From Faecousia sp. (GTDB lineage: Bacteria; Bacillota; Clostridia; Oscillospirales; Oscillospiraceae), in the NCBI GenBank assembly GCA_045612705.1, contig JAZKZN010000028.1:1287-65286 (forward strand): a DNA stretch of 64,000 bases. The letters are read 5' to 3'. Both the position numbers and the translations under genes were made by a program. Below, piece by piece: positions 50,659-58,833 of the stretch. Position 1 is the stretch's first letter. The number at the start of each line of letters is the position of its first letter. The notes beneath the pieces are model-generated. The model saw nothing but the letters and a program-made list of their open reading frames with translations, had not been told where the DNA came from and did no database searches.

Positions 50659-51542
50659 AAATAACAAACCTGGGATATTTGATGAAAGAGGGCGTCCGCG
50701 GAATCTTCCTCCACGGCTTTATGTCCTTCGCCGCTGTGATCGTCACGGTGGCCTGCCTGCTGATGGTGGGCAGCTTCTCCAGCCTGGTGTACAATGTAAG
50801 CATTATGGTGGAGGATTTGAATAAGACCAATGAGGTGATGGCCTACGTGGATAGCAACCTGTCCGACGCGGAGGCTAGAAGTATCGGTACGAAGATCAAT
50901 CAAATTGAAAATGTGTACAAAGCCGAGTTTAAGTCCCGGGAGCAGGCACTTGAGGAGTTCGTGGCAGACCATGCTGACGACCCTGCGTTCAAAGGTCTGG
51001 TTCCTTCCGATCTCCGTCACCGCTATGTGGTGGTGCTGGAGGATAATGCCATGATGGCGGAAACCGTGGCGCAGCTGGAGACCATCCCCGGTGTGGTGAA
51101 GGTCAATGCTGCTTTTGAACTGGCAGAAGGCTTTGTCACCTTGCAGAGCATTTTGCGCATTGCCTCCATCGCCGTGATCGGCGTGCTGCTGATCGTGAGC
51201 CTTTTGATCATTTCCAATACGGTCAAACTGGCAATGTACGATCGCAAGGATGAGATTGCCATTATGAAAATGGTGGGTGCAACCAACGGCTTTATCCGCC
51301 TGCCCTTTGTGGTGGAAGGCTTTCTGCTGGGTATGTTGGGCGCAACGGCTGCATTCTTCCTGGAATGGGGTATGTACAACGGGCTGGTGAACCGCCTTGC
51401 AGCGGTAGACACGCTGAAGCTGTTCAGCTTTGTGCCTTTTACAGAGCTGCTGGTGCCTATGGTGGTCACCTTTGCTGCCGCAGGCTTGTTCGTGGGTATT
51501 GTTGGCAGCTGGACTTCTATCCGGAAGTTTATGAACGTATAA
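50655..51542 (+). CDS. ftsX: Cell division permease FtsX
   Basis: ISNTVKL, EIAIMKMVGAT, PFVVEG. Confidence 0.95.
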   Translation: MKITNLGYLMKEGVRGIFLHGFMSFAAVIVTVACLLMVGSFSSLVYNVSIMVEDLNKTNEVMAYVDSNLSDAEARSIGTKINQIENVYKAEFKSREQALEEFVADHADDPAFKGLVPSDLRHRYVVVLEDNAMMAETVAQLETIPGVVKVNAAFELAEGFVTLQSILRIASIAVIGVLLIVSLLIISNTVKLAMYDRKDEIAIMKMVGATNGFIRLPFVVEGFLLGMLGATAAFFLEWGMYNGLVNRLAAVDTLKLFSFVPFTELLVPMVVTFAAAGLFVGIVGSWTSIRKFMNV

Positions 51543-51605
51543 TTTTATCAGGCAAGATTCCGGGGCCGCTTGGGTGTTTCGGTTTTGAGCGGCATAGGAG
51601 GATAT

Positions 51606-52865
51606 ATGAAACAGAGAAAATTATGGGCCAGCATTATCGCCGGTTTGCTGGCGGCATTGATGATCCTGGGCATCATCGCCAGCGTGATCCCTGTCAACGC
51701 CAGCGATGACAGATCATCTGAAGAGATTAAACAGGAGATCGACAAGCTGAAAGAAGAGCAAGAGAAAAACCAGGCGGAGATCGAAAAACTGGAAGGCCAG
51801 CTCTCTGACAATATGGACGAGATGGAGAAGATCGTGGCCCAAAAGAATGTGATCGACCAGCAGGTTTTTCTGCTGCATCAGCAGATTCAGAATATCAACG
51901 ATCAGATCACTGCTTACAGTAATCTGATTGCGGACAAGCAGGCTGAACTGGACGAAGCGGTTGCCCACTGGCAGGAGCTGAGTGATAAATATAAAGAGCG
52001 AATTCGGGCTATGGAGGAGGACGGCAAGCTGTCCTACTGGTCGGTGCTCTTTAAGGCTAACAGCTTCTCTGACCTGTTGGATCGGCTGAATATGATCGAG
52101 GAGATCGCGGCTTCCGACCAGCGTCGTCTGGCGGAGCTGAATGAAGCCGCCGCTGTGGTGGAGGAGGCCAAAGGCGCTCTGGAGACAGAGAAGGCCCAGT
52201 TAGAGCTGAGCAAAAAAGATCTGGAGGAGGCTTCCGCGGAGTTAGCAGTCGCCAGCGCTGAGGCAGATGCCCTGTTGAAAGAACTCATTGCCATCGGCGC
52301 TGAGTTCCAGGCGCTGATTGATGAGGCGGAGCTGAAAGAGAGCGAGACGGCTGGCAAACTGGATGACCTGGAGGCCGAGTTTGACGAGGCCAAGGAGAGA
52401 GAGTATCAGGAGTGGCTGGATTCCCAGCGTCCTACATACAACACCGGCTACAGCAAGATCGTTAACGGTGTGGAATGGCTTCTGCCTATGGCATATACCC
52501 ATTTTTCCAGCCCCTTTGGTTATCGCTGGCATCCCATTCACGGTGATTGGCGATTCCACTACGGCGTAGACTTGTCCGCCCCCCAGGGTACGCCTATTGT
52601 CGCCGCCCGTAGCGGCGTTGTCACCGCGGCGACCTATGAAGCAGGCGGCGCAGGCTGGTATGTGAACATCGACCATCGGGACGGCTATGCTACCCGTTAT
52701 ATGCACATGACCCACTTTATTGTCTCCTACGGTCAGTATGTGCAGGCCGGTGAAGTGATTGGCTATTGCGGCTCTACCGGCGCATCCACCGGCCCGCACC
52801 TTCACTATGGTGTGTATTTGAACGGTGTGGCGGTGAATCCTGCTGACTATATCATCGTATACTAA
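51606..52865 (+). CDS. Coiled-coil M23 peptidase (EnvC-like FtsEX partner)
   Basis: Signal/TM segment, long coiled coil, HYGVD and HLH zinc motifs. Confidence 0.9.
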   Translation: MKQRKLWASIIAGLLAALMILGIIASVIPVNASDDRSSEEIKQEIDKLKEEQEKNQAEIEKLEGQLSDNMDEMEKIVAQKNVIDQQVFLLHQQIQNINDQITAYSNLIADKQAELDEAVAHWQELSDKYKERIRAMEEDGKLSYWSVLFKANSFSDLLDRLNMIEEIAASDQRRLAELNEAAAVVEEAKGALETEKAQLELSKKDLEEASAELAVASAEADALLKELIAIGAEFQALIDEAELKESETAGKLDDLEAEFDEAKEREYQEWLDSQRPTYNTGYSKIVNGVEWLLPMAYTHFSSPFGYRWHPIHGDWRFHYGVDLSAPQGTPIVAARSGVVTAATYEAGGAGWYVNIDHRDGYATRYMHMTHFIVSYGQYVQAGEVIGYCGSTGASTGPHLHYGVYLNGVAVNPADYIIVY

Positions 52866-52912
52866 ACGGGCAGGGGAACGCGTTGCATAAAATCTTTAAG
52901 GTGAGTGAAACT

Positions 52913-53650
52913 ATGAACCAAGTCAATAAGTGGCAGCGGGTCTCCCGGATTTTGAAGACCGGTGCCACTTACCTGCTGGTGGCATTGCTGGCATCTTCTG
53001 TGACACTGGCTGTGTTGCTTCAGGCGCAAAACCAAAAGCAAAAGCAACTGATGGAACTTGTAGACCGGCAGCTGGAAAACCATGCTAACGTGGAGCAGGT
53101 CCAGGATGAAACAGCCAGGATGATGGCGGAGCTGATGGCCAGCAACAGTGATCTGCAGGAACTTTTGAGCGAAGCGGAATCCAGAGAAGTTATGTTAACT
53201 GAAAAGATCAATGAGCTGAATGCCGCCTACAATGAGGTTCGGGCAAAGGAGACCCAGAGATGGGTGCTGCCCATACAGTACATTGTGTGCACCAGCTTCT
53301 ATGGCAGTCGGGAGAACCCTACCGTCGGCGCAACCAGCTTCCACTATGGCGTGGACCTGGCAGCGGATGAGGGAACGCCCGTTGTGGCCAGCCGCAGCGG
53401 AACAATCAAAGCTACGGAATATGAAGCCGACGGTGCAGGCTACTATGTGGTCATTGACCATCTGGACGGCTACACTTCCCGATACTTGCACTTAAGCGGA
53501 GATATTGTTGAACCCGGCCAGTTTGTATTTGCCGGCCAGATCATCGGTTATTGCGGCTCCACCGGCGTGTCTACCGGCGCGCATCTGCATTTTTGCATCT
53601 ACAAAGACGGCGAACCCCAAGACCCTGCCGATTATATCGATTTGTATTAA
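52913..53650 (+). CDS. Membrane-anchored M23 peptidase, apparent CtpA(N)-EnvC(C) chimera
   Basis: Intact HYGVD and HLH; N-terminus resembles downstream CtpA, remainder resembles the upstream M23 protein. Confidence 0.85.
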   Translation: MNQVNKWQRVSRILKTGATYLLVALLASSVTLAVLLQAQNQKQKQLMELVDRQLENHANVEQVQDETARMMAELMASNSDLQELLSEAESREVMLTEKINELNAAYNEVRAKETQRWVLPIQYIVCTSFYGSRENPTVGATSFHYGVDLAADEGTPVVASRSGTIKATEYEADGAGYYVVIDHLDGYTSRYLHLSGDIVEPGQFVFAGQIIGYCGSTGVSTGAHLHFCIYKDGEPQDPADYIDLY

Positions 53651-53712
53651 CATTGTCCCACAGTCCGATCTCGGGCTGTGGGAACTTTCCATATCATAGA
53701 GGTGAAGGATTT

Positions 53713-54885
53713 ATGAGGATATTTCCCAAATGGCTACGATTTTTAGGAAAAAGTCTTTCTTATCTGCTGGTGGCCGCGCTGGCATCCGCCCTCACCCTGG
53801 CGATGCTGCCTGACACGGACTACAAACTCCGGGAACTGGAAGAAGTGATTGCAGAGAAGTTCATCGGCCAGGAAAATGTGGAGCAGATACGCGACGCGGC
53901 GGCGAGCGCTATGGTGGACGCCCTGGGAGACCAATGGAGCTATTATGTTTCCGCTGAGGAATATGCTGCCTACACGGAAAATAAGAACAATAGCTATGTA
54001 GGCATCGGCGTCACAGTGGCGCAGTTGCCGGACGGCTCCGGCTTTGACATTCAGCAGGTGGACCCCGGCGGATCCGCCAAGGAAGCCGGCATCCTGCCCG
54101 GGGATATCATCATTGCGGTGGAAGATACACCGGCATCGGAACTGGATTTGAACGGAATCAGCAATATGATCCGGGGCGAGGTGAATACCCGGGTGACCAT
54201 TACGGTGCTCCGGGACGGAGAGAAGATACCCTTCATTTTGCAGCGCCGCACCATCAAAGTAGTGGTGGCCTCCGGCCAGATGCTGCCCGGTGACATCGGC
54301 CTGGTGCAGATCACAAACTTCCACAGCGGCTGCGCAAAAGAGGCGATTGCACTGATCGACCAGCTGCAAGAGGCGGGTGCAAAGGCGCTGATCCTGGATG
54401 TGCGAAACAATCCCGGCGGTTATGTCCATGAAATGGTGGGACTGCTGGATTATCTGTTGCCGGAAGGCGTTTTGTTTCGGGAAATGAACTATGAGGGCAA
54501 GGAGGGGAAGCGGGTCTCTGATGCCGATTGCCTGAAATTGCCGATGGCCGTGCTGGTCAATGGCAACAGCTACTCCGCCGCGGAGTTCTTTGCCGCCTGC
54601 CTGCGGGAATACGATTGGGCAACGGTGGCTGGTGAGCAGACCACAGGTAAGGGCTATTATCAGGAGGCTGTGCGCCTGTCAGACGGTTCGGCAGTCAATT
54701 TGTCCACCGGCAAATACTTTACCCCCAATGGCGTCAGCCTGACAGAGGCGGGTGGCATCACGCCGGATGTGGTGATCCCTGTGGATGAGGATACTGCGGC
54801 GATGATCTATGGAAAGCTTCTGCCGGCTGAGGAAGACCCCCAAATCCGGGCAGCGATGGAGATTCTTGCGGAAAAGCTGGGTTAA
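53713..54885 (+). CDS. ctpA: S41 family C-terminal processing protease with PDZ domain
   Basis: GIGV PDZ loop, LDVRNNPGG, SYSAAE, TTGKG, GITPDV. Confidence 0.9.
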   Translation: MRIFPKWLRFLGKSLSYLLVAALASALTLAMLPDTDYKLRELEEVIAEKFIGQENVEQIRDAAASAMVDALGDQWSYYVSAEEYAAYTENKNNSYVGIGVTVAQLPDGSGFDIQQVDPGGSAKEAGILPGDIIIAVEDTPASELDLNGISNMIRGEVNTRVTITVLRDGEKIPFILQRRTIKVVVASGQMLPGDIGLVQITNFHSGCAKEAIALIDQLQEAGAKALILDVRNNPGGYVHEMVGLLDYLLPEGVLFREMNYEGKEGKRVSDADCLKLPMAVLVNGNSYSAAEFFAACLREYDWATVAGEQTTGKGYYQEAVRLSDGSAVNLSTGKYFTPNGVSLTEAGGITPDVVIPVDEDTAAMIYGKLLPAEEDPQIRAAMEILAEKLG

Positions 54886-54910
54886 AATCCCGGAAAAGGT
54901 GGAAAAAATC

Positions 54911-54939
54911 TTGACTTGAGGTCATTTTTTCTCTATAAT
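54911..54939 (+). promoter_or_regulatory. sigmaA promoter of greA-lysS
   Basis: TTGACT-N17-TATAAT. Confidence 0.7.
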
Positions 54940-54981
54940 GTTTGAAGCTATGGAATGTTTTAAGTAAGGAAGGGTTTATTT

Positions 54982-55458
54982 ATGGCTAAGGAATTTAAGA
55001 TTACCAGTTTGCGTCTCGCTGACCTGGAAAAGGAACTGAATTATTTGAAGACCACCCGTGAGCGCGAGGTCGCTGCGATGATCGCAGAGGCCCGTTCCTA
55101 CGGCGACTTGTCCGAAAACTCCGAGTACGATGAGGCAAAAAACGAGCAGGCTCGTCTTTACGGCCGTATTGCCGAGATCGAGGAGATTCTGTCCCATGCT
55201 GTGATTATCGAGGACGAGAACGAGGCCTCCGGCCGCGTGGGCCTGGGCTGCACCGTGGTGGTGGAGAACGAGCAGGGCAAGCAGACTACCTACAAGATCA
55301 CCGGCTCTCAGGAAGCAAATCCCATGGAGTTCAAGCTGTCTGACGACTCTCCCTTCGGCCGCGCCGTTGTGGGTAAGTCCATCGGCGACACATTCACCGT
55401 CAATGCCCCCTCCGGCTCTTACAGCATGAAGGTGGTCGACATTGTTCGCGAGGGCTAA
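54982..55458 (+). CDS. greA: Transcription elongation factor GreA
   Basis: ARSYGDLSENSEYDEAK, SDDSPFG. Confidence 0.96.
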   Translation: MAKEFKITSLRLADLEKELNYLKTTREREVAAMIAEARSYGDLSENSEYDEAKNEQARLYGRIAEIEEILSHAVIIEDENEASGRVGLGCTVVVENEQGKQTTYKITGSQEANPMEFKLSDDSPFGRAVVGKSIGDTFTVNAPSGSYSMKVVDIVREG

Positions 55459-55461
55459 ACT

Positions 55462-56955
55462 ATGGCTAACTTTGTACCGCAGGCAGAGCTGCCTGTATCA
55501 GAGCAGGCTCAGATCCGCCGGGACAAGCTGGCGGCACTGCAGGCCGAAGGCCGCGACCCTTTTGTGCAGACTAAGTTTGATTTCAATGCAGACTCTGCCG
55601 GAATTAAGGCTGATTACGAAGGCTATGAGGGCAAGACCGTCCGCGTGGCCGGCCGCTTGATGAGCAAGCGCGGACAGGGCAAGGTTATGTTCTGCGATCT
55701 GCAGGACAGCACCGGCCGCATCCAGTTGTTTGTGAAGATCGACGAGCTTGGAGAAGAGGAGTACAATCGCTTCAAGAAGAACGATATTGGTGACATTTTG
55801 GGCGTGGAAGGTGAGGTCTTCAAGACTAAGACCGAGGAGATCTCCGTCCGGGCAAAGTCTGTCACACTGCTGTCCAAGTCCCTGCTGCCTCTGCCGGAAA
55901 AGTACCACGGTCTGACCGATAAGGAAATGCGTTTTCGTCAGAGATATGTGGATTTGATGGTGAATCCCGAAGTGAAGCAGAACTTCGTGATCCGCTCCAA
56001 GTTCATCAAGTTCATGCGCAACTATCTGGACAATATGAATTACATCGAGGTAGAGACCCCGGTGCTGAATACCATCGCCGGCGGCGCATCTGCCCGTCCT
56101 TTTATCACGCACCACAACACCCTGGACATTGATATGTATATGCGAATCGCCACCGAACTGCCTCTGAAGCGGCTGATCATCGGTGGTATGGACAGAGTGT
56201 ATGAGATCGGCCGTATCTTCCGTAATGAGGGTATGGATCCCAAGCATAACCCTGAGTTCACCTCTGTGGAGCTGTACCAGGCTTATGCGGATTTCCACGA
56301 TATGATGGATATTGCCGAGGGCATCATCTCCGGCGCTGCCAAGGAGATCCTGGGTACCTACGAAGTGGAGTGGATGGGCGAAAAGATCAATCTGGCTCCC
56401 GGCTGGCGCCGTATGACTATGGTGGAAGCTGTTAAGGAGTATGTGGGCATTGATTTCGGTGCAATTACCGATGATGCAGAGGCTGTTGCCGCTGCCAATG
56501 CCAAGGGTGTGGAACTGGCCGATGCCGCAGAAAAGACCTGGGGCAACGCTCTGTACGCCTGCTTCGATCAGCGGGTGGAGGAGCATCTGATCCAGCCTAC
56601 CTTCATCACAATGTACCCTGTTGAGGTCAGTCCTCTGACCAAGCGCAGCCCCTTGGACAGCCGCCTTACCGAGCGCTTCGAGCTGTTTATCTGCCACAGT
56701 GAGTTGGCCAACGCCTACTCCGAGCTGAACGACCCCATTGATCAGAGAGGCCGTTTCATGAAGCAGGTGGAGCAGCGTGAGCGCGGTGATGACGAGACCG
56801 AGATGCTGGACGAGGATTTCCTCACTGCTATGGAATACGGTATGCCTCCTACGGGTGGTATGGGCATTGGCATTGACCGCTGCGTTATGCTCCTGACTGG
56901 CAATGACACCATCCGCGAAGTCATCCTGTTCCCCACGATGAAGCCGTTGGACTAA
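55462..56955 (+). CDS. lysS: Lysine--tRNA ligase (class II)
   Basis: RQRYVDL, GGASARPF, FRNEGMD, YGMPPTGGMGIGIDR, VILFPTMKPLD. Confidence 0.97.
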   Translation: MANFVPQAELPVSEQAQIRRDKLAALQAEGRDPFVQTKFDFNADSAGIKADYEGYEGKTVRVAGRLMSKRGQGKVMFCDLQDSTGRIQLFVKIDELGEEEYNRFKKNDIGDILGVEGEVFKTKTEEISVRAKSVTLLSKSLLPLPEKYHGLTDKEMRFRQRYVDLMVNPEVKQNFVIRSKFIKFMRNYLDNMNYIEVETPVLNTIAGGASARPFITHHNTLDIDMYMRIATELPLKRLIIGGMDRVYEIGRIFRNEGMDPKHNPEFTSVELYQAYADFHDMMDIAEGIISGAAKEILGTYEVEWMGEKINLAPGWRRMTMVEAVKEYVGIDFGAITDDAEAVAAANAKGVELADAAEKTWGNALYACFDQRVEEHLIQPTFITMYPVEVSPLTKRSPLDSRLTERFELFICHSELANAYSELNDPIDQRGRFMKQVEQRERGDDETEMLDEDFLTAMEYGMPPTGGMGIGIDRCVMLLTGNDTIREVILFPTMKPLD

Positions 56956-56962
56956 AAATTTT

Positions 56963-56990
56963 AACACCCTATGGCAAATGCCATAGGGTG
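56963..56990. terminator. Terminator after the current lysS end
   Basis: acaccctatggc-aaat-gccatagggtgt. Confidence 0.85.
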
Positions 56991-57031
56991 TGTTTTATGT
57001 TATTAAACTGACCGACAAATTGGAATTTATT

Positions 57032-57349
57032 TCACTCGGAGAGGTCTTTGGCCATGACATGTTCAACGATTCCGTTGTCGTCGTAATAGACTATAACGTG
57101 TTTGTTTTTTTCGCTTACTAATTGCCAAATTTCACCCCAGAAGCCAGAAAGCTGACCGTCGGGTTCTCCCCAAGCATCCAATATGTCTTCTCGTGAAATA
57201 CCAATGAGTTTTTCGCCCAATTCCTCTTGGCTGCATTCGTTGACTTTTTCTAATGGTAAAATTTGTTTATTTGCATCTTCCTTTGTGTTACATGCACATA
57301 GACCAAGTACACAGACCAACGCTAAAACTAATGCTATCAACTTTTTCAT
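57032..57349 (-). CDS. Small lipoprotein (cassette 1 cargo)
   Basis: Lipoprotein signal MKKLIALVLALVCVLGLCAC; AAAGGAG RBS; AT-rich. Confidence 0.75.
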   Translation of the reverse strand: MKKLIALVLALVCVLGLCACNTKEDANKQILPLEKVNECSQEELGEKLIGISREDILDAWGEPDGQLSGFWGEIWQLVSEKNKHVIVYYDDNGIVEHVMAKDLSE

Positions 57350-57407
57350 ACAATCCCGCTCCTTTCTCAAATTCTTATTTATCGACCTAACTGCATTATA
57401 CCATTGC

Positions 57408-57436
57408 ATTATACCATATATCTTTCAAAACCGCAA
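57408..57436 (-). promoter_or_regulatory. sigmaA promoter for cassette 1 gene
   Basis: Minus strand TTGCGG-N17-TATAAT with extended TG. Confidence 0.65.
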
Positions 57437-57451
57437 TGTTTTGTAAAAATA

Positions 57452-57640
57452 TGAGTTTTGGGCCATTTTTAGACCATTTCAGAGGTATGATATATCCCGA
57501 AAAAGCAAGTTGAGGTAAGATAATTTTTGGGGTAAAAACGGTGTGCTTTTAGTGGGTAAGAAAAAGCACAAAAAAGCAAGATTAGGTAAGATATTTGCCG
57601 AGGCGATTTTAAGCCCTTTCATACTCCCCACGATGAAGCC
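57452..57640 (+). repeat. 189-bp direct repeat, copy 1 (att arm plus lysS-end core)
   Basis: Matches 58359-58547 with 7 mismatches by my count; internal AAAAAGCAAG-N3-AGGTAAGATA pair. Confidence 0.95.
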
Positions 57641-57654
57641 GTTAGATTAAAATG

Positions 57655-57688
57655 AAAGGACTATGACCGAAAAGTCATAGTCCTTTTT
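57655..57688. terminator. Terminator after lysS-end copy 1
   Basis: aaaggactatgac-cgaaaa-gtcatagtccttt. Confidence 0.85.
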
Positions 57689-57700
57689 GTTTGTAAAAAA

Positions 57701-58291
57701 TTAGATGGCACCCATTTCTTTCATTGCATTGATATATGTATCTGCTTCTCCGTTGGGGTTGGCTTGTTGGGTTGCCTCGATATCATACCAAGCACACTCA
57801 AGACCGTGAATGATGATAGGGAGTGGCTTTTTGAATTGGTTTTTAATAAAGCCTTCTTCTTGCAGTTTCTTGGCAACATTGGCGGCAACTCCAAGCAATT
57901 CATAATGACCGACAGGTCCCTTGCCGATGTAGTTGTAATCTTCATCATACATATTATCCATATCTTCAAAGCCTATGTTTTCAATGCCTTGCTCTGCATA
58001 CCATTTATACAAGGTTTCGGTGCATTCGTTAGGCTCGTCAATGTCAATTATGCTTGTTTCGTCCTGTCTCCAAAAAGCATAGTTCCATCTTTCTTCATCA
58101 AGTGGGCCTGCTCCCTCACAATCTGCCTCAGTGTTGTAACTTATTGCCCAAGTTGATACATTAGTGAAGTTTTTAAACTCGTATGCCTCGTTGGAATATA
58201 TAAAAAACGAAATGGCATAAATGCCATCCTCATTCCATTGGGATATTTCATATTTGACTTTTTCATACAAAATATGTTCAATATCAATCAT
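57701..58291 (-). CDS. Acidic hypothetical protein, possibly DUF4303/immunity-like (cassette 2 cargo)
   Basis: 196 aa, GGAGG RBS, YAISF...YNTE...ERWNYAFW; the family assignment is tentative. Confidence 0.65.
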   Translation of the reverse strand: MIDIEHILYEKVKYEISQWNEDGIYAISFFIYSNEAYEFKNFTNVSTWAISYNTEADCEGAGPLDEERWNYAFWRQDETSIIDIDEPNECTETLYKWYAEQGIENIGFEDMDNMYDEDYNYIGKGPVGHYELLGVAANVAKKLQEEGFIKNQFKKPLPIIIHGLECAWYDIEATQQANPNGEADTYINAMKEMGAI

Positions 58292-58321
58292 ATTATAACC
58301 TCCGTAATACTTGGCAACTTT

Positions 58322-58350
58322 ATTATATCACAAACCACTCAAAACAGCAA
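58322..58350 (-). promoter_or_regulatory. sigmaA promoter for cassette 2 gene
   Basis: Minus strand TTGCTG-N17-TATAAT. Confidence 0.65.
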
Positions 58351-58358
58351 CATTATAT

Positions 58359-58547
58359 TGAGTTTTGGGCCATTTTTAGACCATTTCAGACGTATGATAT
58401 ATCCCGAAAAAGTAAGTTGAGGTAAGATAATTTTTAGGGTAAAAACGGTGTGCTTTTAGTGGGTAAGAACAATCACAAAAAAGCAAGATTAGGCAAGATA
58501 TTTGCCGAGGCGATTTTAAGCCCTTTCATACTCCCCACAATGAAGCC
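58359..58547 (+). repeat. 189-bp direct repeat, copy 2
   Basis: 907 bp downstream of copy 1. Confidence 0.95.
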
Positions 58548-58565
58548 CCTTGCAGAGTAATATTA

Positions 58566-58603
58566 AGCCGAAAACGCCTATTTCAATGCGTTTTCGGCTT
58601 TTT
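58566..58603 (+). terminator. Terminator after lysS-end copy 2
   Basis: aagccgaaaacgc...gcgttttcggctt followed by a T-run. Confidence 0.8.
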
Positions 58604-58633
58604 GTTTATCCAAATTATTGCTTAAAAATGTGG

Positions 58634-58703
58634 TTTGCGACAGATTTACGACGAATGAGCAGGTCAACAGTCCTTGGAAATTACGACAATAAGGTGTCGC
58701 AAA
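58634..58703. repeat. Cluster of TT(A/G)CGAC(A/G) arm-type repeats, left end of cassette 3
   Basis: tttgcgaca 58634, tttacgacg 58645, ttacgaca 58681, inverted tgtcgcaaa 58695. Confidence 0.7.
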
Positions 58704-58833
58704 CGTAGCCTTAACAATGTACCAACAGAATTGCCGCTTACATATGAAATAGAACCGAATAGATGAAAAATAAGATTTTTCATAATTGAAATGCTATAAT
58801 TCAGTAAACACATTTACTGAAAGGACAGATTGT

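Noticed and set aside
57452-58547. 189-bp repeats read as a CRISPR array, IS ends or a composite transposon
   Set aside because: Too long and too few for CRISPR, no cas or transposase genes, direct rather than inverted, and they end in the lysS terminal sequence, which fits att sites.
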